Assembly: GCA_963802945.1 (NCBI GenBank)
Contig: CAWDKY010000017.1
Coordinates: 96,001 to 160,000 of the forward strand
Reading direction: 5' to 3'
Length of the DNA: 64,000 nucleotides
Source of the DNA: an uncultured delta proteobacterium
Lineage (GTDB): Bacteria > Desulfobacterota > RBG-13-43-22
The position numbers and the translations under genes were made by a program. The notes below the pieces were generated by a model. It had not been told where the DNA came from and made no database searches. It saw nothing but the letters and a program-made list of their open reading frames with translations. Positions 53,968-64,000 of this stretch are shown here, one piece after another (positions within the stretch are counted from its first letter, which is position 1; every line of letters starts with the position of its first letter).

Positions 53968-54094
53968 GGGAAGCCTCCATTCAGGATAGTCTAATATTTG
54001 AAGAACTTGCTTTTTAAGGGAAGACTATAAGGAAAGAAAAAACCACGGTCAAGGAGAAAAATAGGGCGGAAGGTAAGGGGACAGGAGGCGTCTT

Positions 54095-57000
54095 CTATTC
54101 TTTGATTTCGTGCTCTTTTTGCAAGGCCGTTAAATAAAGGAAGGTATGGATCAGGGTGGGATCGATGGAACGGGCATAGGCCAGCATTTCTTTGTAGGCC
54201 AGTAATTGTTCCCGGTACAAAGCGGACTGTTCCTGTAAGAAGGTTTCAATCGATATTCCTTCCGGCAGAGGGGTGGTTTTATAATCCACCAAAAGCCATT
54301 CTTTCCCGTCAAAAACGATCCGGTCGATAATCCCGCTTCGCACCGTGCCTTCATCAGGATGATCTTCCAAGGCCCATTCACAGGCGCAAAACGGGTGATC
54401 GGTCCGGAGGATATTAGCGCAGAAGGGCTCTTGTTGACAGGCACTCACTTCCTCCAATATCGAGACGGCCATTTCTCGGGCGGCATTAGAGGCAACCCCT
54501 TCAGCCATCAAGGCCTGGATTACTGCTTTTTGCGTTGGAGGATTCTTTCCCAGGGACAGATGTTCCAATATCCTATGGGTCACTGTGCCTCGCTCCATTC
54601 CAAAAGGGGTCTGGAATTCTTCCGGAAAGGAATCTTCTATTTCATCTGTTCCATTTATGAACGGGCCTTCTTGATGAAGCCCCGAAGGCGGGATGATCCG
54701 AAAGGGAATCGGTTCAGAGACAAAGGGCAAAGGCCGGATATCTTCTTCCATCTCAGGTTTAGCAAATCCTGGTTTTATTACAGGGGATGGTGGGTCATAT
54801 TCGACTTCCAGGAATTTTTCTTTATCCGGATGGTTCAAAAGATATTCCAACAATGAATTTTTCGAGGCCTTTTCCTCTTCATTTTTAACATGAAAAACCC
54901 CACTCAAAAAAAGGCATTTTTTGGCCCTGGTCAGGGCCACATAATAAAGCCGTTTGGCCTCTCCGAGAACTCGTTCCTTTTTCAGGCTTTTTAATAATCC
55001 ATAGACCCCTGGATCTTGTTTAGTCCGACGATCCGGCCGTAAGGCGATCAGGTGGTCTTCTCTTTCTCCGGGAAGCCGCTCGATAATATAAGGAAGATCT
55101 TCCCGGCCGCTTCCCCCCAAAGGATTCCTGTCCAGATGCGGCACGAAGACCGTGTCGAACTCCAGGCCTTTGGCATGGTGAACGGTCATGATCGAGACTT
55201 GAGAACGGGAGGCCAGGGGATCGGGCGGGGCATAGGCCGTAGTCAAACGAAATTCCAGGCGGGACAAGGTTTCTTCAGGCAGGCCTTTTTCAGCCAGAAA
55301 CAGAAGCTGTAAAAATTGGCGGCAGTTGCGGACGCCCGACAGGCCATAACGCTCGGCCACGGCCTTCGGACCGAAAAGGTCTTCCCAGACTTTCTGCACA
55401 ACCCGATGTAAGGGGAGACGGCCCACCAGTTTCAGATCATCCTCTAAAACCTGGCCAAGAAGTTTAACGGACTCCGGGGCCTGCGGTATTTGAGAGAAGG
55501 TCATGATCTTTTCGGCCAAGGATGAAGCCGGGATTTGGGAGATCTGATATAGATCATTCAGCCCCACCCAGCACCAGGCCGAACGGACCAAAGAGGCCCA
55601 GGCCAGATCGTCCTGAGGTCTGACCAGGGCTTTGGTGATGGAGAGCAGGTCCATGACCTCCGGCCGTTCTCCAAGATTGAGTCCTTCCTGCACCTGGACC
55701 TGTACCCCTTGCTCATAAAGGGCCTTGAGATAAAAGGGCAGATGGGTGCGGGCAAAAAGCAGAATCCCAACCGATCCGTAGGATGAGTCTTGATCGGCCT
55801 TTTTTATTTCCCCGGCCAGCCAGGCCGCTTCTTTTAAGCGGGAGAGGCTGGAATCTTCATCTTGGCTGAAGAGAGTCAACCCTATTTTACCCGGCTCCTG
55901 GGTCAACATCTCCGGAGCCGCCTGGGCTGCCATAAACTGGACTTCATCGGCTTCGAGGTTAGGGTGGGCCATAATGGTCTTGGAAAAGAGGTCATTGACA
56001 AAATCAATGAGGCCTTTCCTGGACCTGAAATTGGTGCTGATATGAACAGGTGTTAAGGGCAATATGCCCTGACCGGGAAGGGGAAGCCCTTCGCGGGCCT
56101 TCAGAAAAAGAGAGACTTCGGCCTTGCGGAATCCATAAATGGATTGTTTGGGATCGCCGACGATAAACAGGGTCCGGCCGTCTCCGGGGCTCCAGCCGGC
56201 ACAAAGGTATTGGATGAGCTGCCACTGGTTCAGGCTGGTGTCCTGAAATTCATCCACTAAAATGTGGTTGATCCTCTGATCGAGCAGGAGCTGCAAATCC
56301 GTTGGCGCCTCTTCGCCGCCCAGGACCTGCAGAGCGGCCTGTTCCAGTTCAACGAAGTCGATGACGCCCCGCCGGTGACACAACTGACGATAGTGATCGA
56401 CCACCTGACTGATCAGGAGGATCAGATCAAAAAGCATGGCTATGTCCACCGGAGACGTTGGCCGGGAAGGGAATGCTTTTATCTTTTGAAGCCATTCTAG
56501 GATCGGCTGAGAGAGGGATTCAATATGATCAGCCCAGGGTGTTTGTTTAAAGCCGGAATAAAAACCGTTACTGGGGCCGAATGATTTGCGGGCCGAACCG
56601 GCCTTGGTGGTGAACAACTCGGCAATGCCCTGCCAGACTGGCAGATCGTTCCAGTCGCTGCCGGGTAAAGAGACCGGTATTTGAGCGGAGGCCGCAGCCC
56701 CTTTCAGGATCAGATGATTACTGAAAGCATTCCACTGCCGGCCAAGTTCTTGAGATTCCATTTGGGCCTTTAATGCCTGCAGGTGCCGGCTGATCAAAAA
56801 TCCCAGACGTTCCCTTAAGACCTGATCCAACTTATCCGGATCGGGATTGGTCCGGACGATTTGAAACAGATCCATCAGCAGGTCTCTCTGGGCAATGAGT
56901 TGAGCCAGGTCGGAGGAAAGGGCCTTCCAATTATTGTTTGAAAAAAGAAGGGCCTTTTCCAAAGCCTTTCGAAGGGGGTCTGTGGAAGACAGGGACATCA

Positions 57001-57487
57001 GGACCTGTTGGCTGCGGCCGAGAGATTCGTAGATCAATTCATCCTGTTCTTCCTCGGCCAGGATGACTGTTTCCAGAGGGACTTGAGCTTCGACCGGGGC
57101 CTGTTTGATGATTTGACTGCAGAAGCTATGAAAGGTGGTGATCTGTAAACCGTCCGGGTCCAGGAAAAGATGTTGGTGAGTTCTGTGTTTCTTTAAAGCC
57201 TTTTTGGCCACAATGAGGAGTTCGTTCTCCCAGTCGGATTCGGATGTATCGTTATTTTCTGCCTGCTGGAGGATTTTCCGGACCCTTTCCAGCATCTCAT
57301 TGGCCGCCTTGTTGGTAAAGGTCAGGGCCAGGATTTCCCGGGGATAATTGACTTGGGCCAACAGGTGGATAAAACGGGCGGTCAGCAGAGAGGTCTTCCC
57401 GGCCCCGGCCGGAGACTCGACGTGAAAGCTCCCTTCAGGGGATAAGACTTGCTTGCGGATGGAAAAATCATTTAAAGGCTGAGTCAT
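54095..57487 (-). CDS. AddA-like UvrD helicase with C-terminal RecB-type nuclease
   Basis: AGAGKT, VDEFQDT, SIYGFR, NFRS, AKGLEF, YVALTRA and IDR..VDYKT. Confidence 0.9.
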   Translation of the reverse strand: MTQPLNDFSIRKQVLSPEGSFHVESPAGAGKTSLLTARFIHLLAQVNYPREILALTFTNKAANEMLERVRKILQQAENNDTSESDWENELLIVAKKALKKHRTHQHLFLDPDGLQITTFHSFCSQIIKQAPVEAQVPLETVILAEEEQDELIYESLGRSQQVLMSLSSTDPLRKALEKALLFSNNNWKALSSDLAQLIAQRDLLMDLFQIVRTNPDPDKLDQVLRERLGFLISRHLQALKAQMESQELGRQWNAFSNHLILKGAAASAQIPVSLPGSDWNDLPVWQGIAELFTTKAGSARKSFGPSNGFYSGFKQTPWADHIESLSQPILEWLQKIKAFPSRPTSPVDIAMLFDLILLISQVVDHYRQLCHRRGVIDFVELEQAALQVLGGEEAPTDLQLLLDQRINHILVDEFQDTSLNQWQLIQYLCAGWSPGDGRTLFIVGDPKQSIYGFRKAEVSLFLKAREGLPLPGQGILPLTPVHISTNFRSRKGLIDFVNDLFSKTIMAHPNLEADEVQFMAAQAAPEMLTQEPGKIGLTLFSQDEDSSLSRLKEAAWLAGEIKKADQDSSYGSVGILLFARTHLPFYLKALYEQGVQVQVQEGLNLGERPEVMDLLSITKALVRPQDDLAWASLVRSAWCWVGLNDLYQISQIPASSLAEKIMTFSQIPQAPESVKLLGQVLEDDLKLVGRLPLHRVVQKVWEDLFGPKAVAERYGLSGVRNCRQFLQLLFLAEKGLPEETLSRLEFRLTTAYAPPDPLASRSQVSIMTVHHAKGLEFDTVFVPHLDRNPLGGSGREDLPYIIERLPGEREDHLIALRPDRRTKQDPGVYGLLKSLKKERVLGEAKRLYYVALTRAKKCLFLSGVFHVKNEEEKASKNSLLEYLLNHPDKEKFLEVEYDPPSPVIKPGFAKPEMEEDIRPLPFVSEPIPFRIIPPSGLHQEGPFINGTDEIEDSFPEEFQTPFGMERGTVTHRILEHLSLGKNPPTQKAVIQALMAEGVASNAAREMAVSILEEVSACQQEPFCANILRTDHPFCACEWALEDHPDEGTVRSGIIDRIVFDGKEWLLVDYKTTPLPEGISIETFLQEQSALYREQLLAYKEMLAYARSIDPTLIHTFLYLTALQKEHEIKE

Positions 57488-57511
57488 GTTTAAACCAAAT
57501 AGTAATTTCTA

Positions 57512-57704
57512 ATGGCTTCGTAAAAAGTTGTCACCCCGGTGAAAACCGGGGTCCAGACATTGTCCTGGCGAATCCCGGATCACGTCCGGGACAGGCACCG
57601 GGAACCAGTTTCAACTCCCTGGATTCCGACTGGAGTCTATCCCGCACTTGATGCGGGGTCGGAATGACGAAAATGGGCTTTTCGACGACTTTCTACGGGC
57701 CCAT
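57512..57704. mobile_element. MITE-like element containing REP palindromes, between the addB-like and addA-like genes
   Basis: atggcttcgtaaaaagt / actttctacgggcccat ends; gtcaccccggtgaaaaccggggtccag inside. Confidence 0.7.
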
Positions 57705-57709
57705 CAACT

Positions 57710-60396
57710 TTAACAAACTCCAGAATCTTTCTTCCAATAGGTGCATAAACTTTTATAGGGGCAATAGGTGCAGGCCCCCTCATTCGTGCCTTTGGGCACA
57801 GGCTTCGGGTCGGCCGGAAATTGACTGGCCTTTAATTTTTCCCCGATCAGGCTGATTTCTTTTTCCCAGGCCGGCAAACAAGCCTCCCAGGACGAGGTCT
57901 CTTTCAAAGGATCTGACACAGACAATTCCCCTTCTGATTTGAGACCGACATACCCGGCCCTGAACCCGGCCAGGTTTTCTTTCTGTAATTCAGGCAGGGT
58001 GATCAAGGCCAGAAGATATAAAGGCAACTGCGGGGCTAAAAAATTTTTGATGATGTCGTTGGTAGAAGGGAGACCGCCGGTCTTGTAGTCCCAACAACAG
58101 GCCTCGTTCAGGGCTTGGTTAAAATCAATACGATCGATGCGGCCTTGAACGGAAAACGACCAGGAGGGAAAGAAAAGATCTTTAAAAGAAACCTCTTCTC
58201 TTTCCCATCGCCAACCTTCTTCCCAACGTTGTCTTTCCTGCTCCAGCCAGGCGCCCAGTATCCCGCCCAAACCTTCCTCTTCGCCGATCAGCCTCTTTTT
58301 TTCTACCTGCCAGTGCGGGTTTTCGGTTTTTTCTTTGAAGACCTCATTGAGGCACTGATCAACAGCTTTTTTTATGACCTCTTGATCCTGGAGAGAGATT
58401 CCCTTTTGCCGCAGGGTCTTGGTTATCAAGGCCATGAGGTTATGTAAGATCTCTCCCCTTTGCAAAGGAGAAATGCCGATGGCTATTTCATCCAGAGGAA
58501 GGATTCGAAGCAACCGCTCGGCAAAAAACTTAAAGGGGCAGGCCAAAAACGTTTCCAAAGAGGTCACGGAAAGGTTGGAAATCGAATTGTCCAGAGCGGG
58601 TTCCGAATCGTCGGGGGGATGGTTTACAGGATAACTTTTTATGCCTTGAAAGGTTTGTTTAAGCCATTCGGCCCGGGGCCAGACATGCCCTGGGACCGTC
58701 CAATAATTTCTTTTCTCTTCTTCGGAGTGTGCCGGCCAAAATGGGGAAGGAGGCAAGGGATCTCCTTTTTCCTCTTGCGGCCGGGTCAGGGTCATTTTCG
58801 GAGAAAGGGTTTTAAGAAGAGAAAAAGCGATCCGGGCAAAATCGAATTGGCTTTTTAAAGTGGCCCCCTGAACCTGCCTTCGTTCTTCCGGGCCGAGAAA
58901 GGGAAAGGTGCGAACCGGCTGAGGCAGACTGCCTTTGGACATGCCGGCCAGGAAGAGTCGGTCAAAGGCCAGTCCCCTGGCTTCGATCAGGCCCAGGACC
59001 TGTATCCCGGATTGTTCATAACCGGGTTCGTTGACCAGGGTTTGACTGAGAAGGTGTTTCAACCAGGTAAAAAATTGAAAGCCGTCCAGAAGCTTGGTGT
59101 TTAAATCATTAGCCAAATTTTTCAGAATTTTTTTAAGGTCTTTATATAGGGTTGCCTCGCCGGCCAAGGTTATGACCGGGAAACCGAGGCCCTGCCAGCA
59201 TTGTTCCAGAGAAGCCACCCATTCGGCAGCCGTCTGTTGGCCCTGATTCAATCGGATGAGAGGTTCCAGGGAGATTCCCTGGAGATTGAGACCGGATAAG
59301 CTAAAAGAATATTCATGAACGAGACCTTTCAAAAGGGCATCCAATCCCGCATCAACAGAATGCTTCCGCCAGATCCGGTCGGCCTGGGCCACCTGGGACA
59401 GGAGGGAGCGATGGGCTTCCCAGGCCCGATAATAGGGGGACAGGAGCAAAGAAAGGAGCAGGATACGGGGCTCCCCTTCCAGGAAAAAGCGTAAGGGCAG
59501 GAGTCCGGCCTGGATCAAAGGCTGATCCAGAAGGGGTTGACCTAGGGAGATATTGTAATTTCCCGTCTGCTCAAAGATCATAGGGCCGATGAGTTCTTTG
59601 AAAGCCGAGGACAGATCCGGGGCATACTGGGAAAGATTGGGCACGACAATCCCGATCCGATGCAAGGGGTATGTTGAGCCTCCAATAAAACTTGCTCTAT
59701 GAGCCAGGCTACCTCTTCTTCTTGATCGGGCAGACTGACGGCAGTAAGGGCCGGTTCTTGATTTATTTTAGAAAGGCAGGAAACCGCCTTGAAATATTTT
59801 ATTAAAAACTTGAGCAAGTCCGTCTCGATGGGCGCCGGGAAGGCGAAGCCCAGGAGAAAAACCTTTTTCGGACGGGGTCGAACTTTGATGATTTTTTCGT
59901 CAAGGACTTTTATCGGGAGTATCGAAGGATGGATCAGCCCCTGTTCAAGAAGCAATTTTTCAAATCTTCTGAAGATCTCTTCCCGCCAGACCATGAGGGG
60001 AGTTTCATGGCCGTTTTTTATGGGAGGTACTTTATCTCGTATCTTGGCCCTATAGGTTTCATCTAAGGTTTGATAAAGCGGGATATCTGCCGTAAGCCCC
60101 TCAGGCAGATCGAGCATTTGAACCGATTTTTCCCAGAGCTCAATAATTTTTATGGGAGAGGCAGGGGTCTCCTCCGGCCAGGAACAACGCCAGGTTTCTT
60201 CAATCCAGGCGTTCAGGCTTAGGACCTTGGGGGTCAGCCAGCCGGACTGGCCTTTTTTTATCCGATCCAGCCGAAAGGCATGACGCAACTGCCGGGCCAG
60301 CCTTCCACCGGAGGTCAGGATCAAGGTTTGTTCATCGGCTTCGGCAACAACCTCAGCCTGTAAGGCTTCCGTAGTTGGGGCAACCCAATCGGTCAT
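57710..60396 (-). CDS. AddB-like PD-(D/E)XK nuclease with Fe-S staple (indel near 59660)
   Basis: ACPFKFF, GRIDRID, DYKT, PQLPLY and CTYCPYKSLC. Confidence 0.88.
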
Positions 60397-60456
60397 GAGG
60401 GATTCTTTTTATCTTATTTTTGGATTGATGGATATGGATGATAAAGGGGGGCACTT

Positions 60457-61092
60457 TTAATAAATTAGTGAATCCTTCACTTCTTTTTCAATTTTTTGTT
60501 CTTCCTTTTCGGTCTGTCCCCGCTCTATTTTAACAATCTTTTCCAAGGTATACGGGTTATAATAAAAAACGCCTCTTTCGCTTGAAAAAACATACAGCTG
60601 ATCCGATTTATATTCAAAATAAGGACTGCTTCGGGCCGTTCCGAAACTTCGGAGGACCCTTCCTTGGGGATATTTTTCTTTTAAGATTCTGATTACTGTT
60701 TCCGGGAAGAACTCCGGGTGATCTTTAAAAAAAATAGCTCTGCCGAAAAATTTTCCTTCAAAAGAGTATCCGAAAAGACGGCCATAAGTTGAGGGATCCG
60801 TTGAAACAAGCAGGGCTGTTACCTTTCCCCTTCTGAACTTTATGGACTTTTCCGGTGTATATTGGAGTTCAATTTCAGACCGGTCTTTGTCTTCTCTGAT
60901 CTGGCCGGTTTTATTTTTTTCCTTAAAGGCCTTATTTAATTCTTCCAGATTCAAGCCCCAAGGAGGAGGCGTCCAGTCAATATCCTGACTGAATGCCGTT
61001 CCAGCCAGGAGGATAAAAAAAACGATAACGGATAGAGGTAAAAATATTTTTCTCCTTTTCTTTCGACTTTTAATTATTTTTTGTTCCTTCAT
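60457..61092 (-). CDS. Exported hypothetical protein
   Basis: Basic N-terminus, hydrophobic core and AFS cleavage site; ggagg RBS. Confidence 0.7.
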   Translation of the reverse strand: MKEQKIIKSRKKRRKIFLPLSVIVFFILLAGTAFSQDIDWTPPPWGLNLEELNKAFKEKNKTGQIREDKDRSEIELQYTPEKSIKFRRGKVTALLVSTDPSTYGRLFGYSFEGKFFGRAIFFKDHPEFFPETVIRILKEKYPQGRVLRSFGTARSSPYFEYKSDQLYVFSSERGVFYYNPYTLEKIVKIERGQTEKEEQKIEKEVKDSLIY

Positions 61093-61137
61093 GCGTCACC
61101 TCCAAAATGGAGAGAAATAAAAGGTTATCTTGTTCGC

Positions 61138-61788
61138 TTAAAAAGCACTCTTTAAAGAAAGATATCCTCTCAGCAGATAATAACCCAGCTTTAGGTATTC
61201 GGTGACAAAGGCCCTAACACCATCGGTGATGAGCCACCAATTATTTGGCTGATAGGAAATATAATAGGGCCGAGGAATAATATGCATCCCCAATTTTGCT
61301 CCTTCTTGCCGATAAACTCCAATACTCCGACGGGTGTGAAATCCCTCGGAAAGTAAGATGGCACTCTGTACTTTTAATTTTTCCAGTTCGGCCAACACCA
61401 ATTTAGCCTCGTTCAAAGTAATCGGATGAATAACAGGGACAGATATCACCAGGAATTGATCTTTCGTAAGGCCCCGCGCCTCCAGTTCTTTTTTAACCAG
61501 TTGAGCATAATTTAAGGGAAGGGCAAAGGGTTCCTCTTTTCTGGGGGTCCGATGAATGACCACGATCAGGCGAGCGGCCTGCCTGTTGAATATTAGCTCT
61601 ATCCCTGTGGCTACACCTCCTTCTGAGACCACCTGAACCCCTTCCAAAATGACCACTTCAGCCTTTCCCTCTTCAGAGGGGGCCAAATAGCCCGCTGTTC
61701 CTCTTAAGATGGGTTGGTAACAAAAAAAGAAAATAATGAGCAAGGCAGCCAAAATCAGACCACTGCGGAATACCTTTTTGACTTTCAG
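61138..61788 (-). CDS. YdcF/DUF218-like protein
   Basis: TLNEA, LLSEGFHTRRS and EYLKLGYY; start uncertain, possibly CTG after an aggagg RBS. Confidence 0.7.
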   Translation of the reverse strand: MKVKKVFRSGLILAALLIIFFFCYQPILRGTAGYLAPSEEGKAEVVILEGVQVVSEGGVATGIELIFNRQAARLIVVIHRTPRKEEPFALPLNYAQLVKKELEARGLTKDQFLVISVPVIHPITLNEAKLVLAELEKLKVQSAILLSEGFHTRRSIGVYRQEGAKLGMHIIPRPYYISYQPNNWWLITDGVRAFVTEYLKLGYYLLRGYLSLKSAF

Positions 61789-62265
61789 CTACACACCTCC
61801 TAAATTTTCTATTTAGCCTTTTTAATACTAAGGGTATCAAACTATGGTTGACCAATAATAACAATACTTCATTCTTTTTAACCATGCAACATGGAAGTTA
61901 ATCTATCGGCTATGTTCTATTTTTTTATCTTAGGTGACCCCTTTGAGGCAACATTTACCCCTTTTCATTTAGAAAGAAAACCCATCAAATATTCCTTCAG
62001 GGTTGCTTTAATCCAGGAACAGCTTTTGATTAATCAGGTTCAATGAAAAAATTTGACGCCGGATAGGTGATCGATTATTATCATTTTATAATTAAGGATA
62101 GGTGATTTAAAGACGTTCCGGAATCTCGCCTTTGTACTAAGCCGTCCCTTTTAACATCACCAGCCATAAAAAGAGGAGGAATCGAAGGATATGACCAATG
62201 GGATTCGGGATTTTAAACAGGACCGGAAAAGAGGGGCCTTGGAATAATTCGGAAAGGAGAAATCA

Positions 62266-63123
62266 ATGAAGTTTGACAATGTTCTGACCAGGATGCTCGG
62301 GGTGAAGTACCCCATCATACAAGGGGCTTTCGGCTGGCCGGGGACCGGAACATCCCAGATAGCCGCACCGGTTTCCGAGGCCGGGGCCTTGGGTATTCTG
62401 ACCACGATCTGTTACAAGAATCCGGAGGCTTTTGCCGAAGACGTCAAACGGGCCAAGTCGATGACCGACAAACCCTTTGCGGTTAACTTCACCCTGATGA
62501 AGGACACCAAGTACGATAATGCTTATCATGAAGAGTTCATCAAGATAACCATGGAGGAAGGGATACGAACTATCTTCACTTCGGCCTATGACGGCTCGAT
62601 TATCGGGCGCAGATTTAAGGAAAAAGGATGCAACTGGATCCACAAGTGTGCGACGATCGAACATGCCGTATCGATAGCCAAAAAGGGGCCGGATGCCGTG
62701 GTCATTGTCGGCCTGGAAGGGACGGGTTATAAAAACCCGAATCAAAACACGACGCTGGTCAACATGACTATGGGACGGAGGTTGATCGGAGTTCCGTTAA
62801 TCGCTGCCGGTGGAATCGGCGATGCCCGGGGCTTTGTCGCCGCCTTGGCCATGGGTGCTGTGGGTATCTACATGGGAACCGCCTTTATGGCCACGGAGGA
62901 GTTTAATGTTCCTGACAAGCTGAAAGGAAAAATCGTCGTCCAGGACATCTTAGACGCCGGGTTCCGCAAAAAAATTTATCAGATGGATCACGGCGGTCAA
63001 CATTCTCTAGCCTCTGGGGTCATCACTGCAGTCAAACCAGTTAAACAATACATCGAAGAGATGGTTCAGGGAGCGGCAGAGATCATGTCCGAATTCAAGC
63101 AATGGGGAATGCTTGAGGATTGA
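62266..63123 (+). CDS. Nitronate monooxygenase / FabK-like flavoprotein
   Basis: YPIIQG, TDKPFAVN, IAAGGIGD and MGTAF. Confidence 0.88.
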   Translation: MKFDNVLTRMLGVKYPIIQGAFGWPGTGTSQIAAPVSEAGALGILTTICYKNPEAFAEDVKRAKSMTDKPFAVNFTLMKDTKYDNAYHEEFIKITMEEGIRTIFTSAYDGSIIGRRFKEKGCNWIHKCATIEHAVSIAKKGPDAVVIVGLEGTGYKNPNQNTTLVNMTMGRRLIGVPLIAAGGIGDARGFVAALAMGAVGIYMGTAFMATEEFNVPDKLKGKIVVQDILDAGFRKKIYQMDHGGQHSLASGVITAVKPVKQYIEEMVQGAAEIMSEFKQWGMLED

Positions 63124-63233
63124 CCTCCCTTATTATTAATTCCTTCTCGATGAAAGATCGTTTTTATTTTAATAGAATCATATGATTTTTCACCAGCAAA
63201 GACAAGTGCCTTAAGAAAGGGGGCAAACAAATC

Positions 63234-64000
63234 ATGTCAAAAAAAGTGATTATCACCGCTGCGCTGGCCGGTGCCGGTACCTTTAAAAATCAGAATCCCC
63301 ATGTACCGTACACCTTAAAAGAATTTGCCGAAGAGGCCCACAAATGCTGGGAATTCGGCGCCGCCATGGTCCATGTCCATCCACGGCAGGATGACGGTAT
63401 TCCGACCCATGATATCGAACGGGTCAAGGCAACCTACAATGCTATTCGGGAGAGAACCCCCGAACTCATCGTAAACTTAAGCTCTGGTTTGGCTTTTGAT
63501 ACAACAAAAGAAAAAAGACTTGCCCAGATTCTGGCCGTCAACCCGGAGATGGCTTCTCTGAACACCAATACCATGAATTTCAGCTTCATCGATCGAAAAA
63601 CGGGCCAACTCTTTCAAGACGGTGTCTTCGAAAATACCTTTACCATGCTCCAGGAATTCGGCAAAGCTATGGAGGCAAACGGGGTCAAGCCAGAAATCGA
63701 GGTTTATGATATCGGGGGCATTGACAACGCCCTACTTATCGCCAAACAGGGCTTTTTCTCTGACCCGATGATTTTTAATTTTGTCTGGGGAGTGGCTGGC
63801 GGTGCGGCCTTCAGGGCCGATGCCTTTGTCGCCATGATGCACGCCCTGCCTCAAGGAGCCATTTTTACCACTTGCGGTGTCGGTCTGGAGCAATTTCCCA
63901 GTGTCACCCAGTCCTGCCTGCTCGGTGGCCATATGAGGGTGGGTCTCGAAGACAATATCCGGATGCCAAACGGTGAACTGGCCAAAGGAAACTATGAGCT
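63234..64000 (+). CDS. Beta-keto acid cleavage enzyme (Kce/DUF849), runs off the window end
   Basis: Not in the ORF track; translates as MSKKVIITAALAGA..VPYT..GAAMVHVH..PEMASLN..KPEIE..GGHMRVGLEDN. Confidence 0.92.
   Translation, partial: MSKKVIITAALAGAGTFKNQNPHVPYTLKEFAEEAHKCWEFGAAMVHVHPRQDDGIPTHDIERVKATYNAIRERTPELIVNLSSGLAFDTTKEKRLAQILAVNPEMASLNTNTMNFSFIDRKTGQLFQDGVFENTFTMLQEFGKAMEANGVKPEIEVYDIGGIDNALLIAKQGFFSDPMIFNFVWGVAGGAAFRADAFVAMMHALPQGAIFTTCGVGLEQFPSVTQSCLLGGHMRVGLEDNIRMPNGELAKGNYE

Noticed and set aside
1745-60396. Frameshifts in the radical SAM, SufS-like, rfbB, rfbD, tolQ, ileS, both moeA, nadE, both methyltransferases and the addB-like gene as programmed frameshifting or mass pseudogenisation
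   Set aside because: They are single-base indels, include essential genes and show no accompanying decay, so long-read sequencing error is the simplest explanation; read mapping would confirm
54095-60396. Helicase-nuclease pair as a novel defence system or Cas4 module
   Set aside because: The motifs and gene order match housekeeping AddAB-type recombination enzymes

Overview
Bacterial chromosomal window, most consistent with an anaerobic Desulfobacterota/deltaproteobacterial genome (inferred from gene content and intergenic repeat types). The core backbone holds rsmA, rmlA-B-D, a co-oriented ileS-lspA-lgt-gcvH-like-tolQRAB-pal-cpoB-yqgE block, ltaE, moaA and two moeA genes, glutamine-dependent nadE, an AddAB-like helicase/nuclease pair and a terminal BKACE gene the ORF track missed. 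Many genes, including essential ileS and nadE, are split by single-base indels, so the sequence is probably an error-prone long-read assembly and frameshifts should not be read as biology. There are two accessory zones. (1) 0.2-6.8 kb: a tetraether-synthase (Tes)-like radical SAM gene behind a lipoprotein gene, an IS91-like transposase relic, a SufS-like protein that looks like a single-chain pseudo-dimer, and a group II intron 3' relic. (2) 43.6-52.7 kb: a cassette-like array of unrelated single genes separated by a thrice-repeated 75-bp element, REP-like doublets and truncated integron attC sites, next to a RAYT-type Y1 transposase with 20-bp perfect inverted ends, a HEPN cassette and two TA modules, with no integrase in the window. 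Intergenic DNA is rich in nested non-autonomous elements, including a 142-bp MITE inserted twice, apparently independently, into the loop of a REP palindrome. No rRNA, tRNA or CRISPR array was seen. All family assignments come from motif recognition by eye, not database searches.
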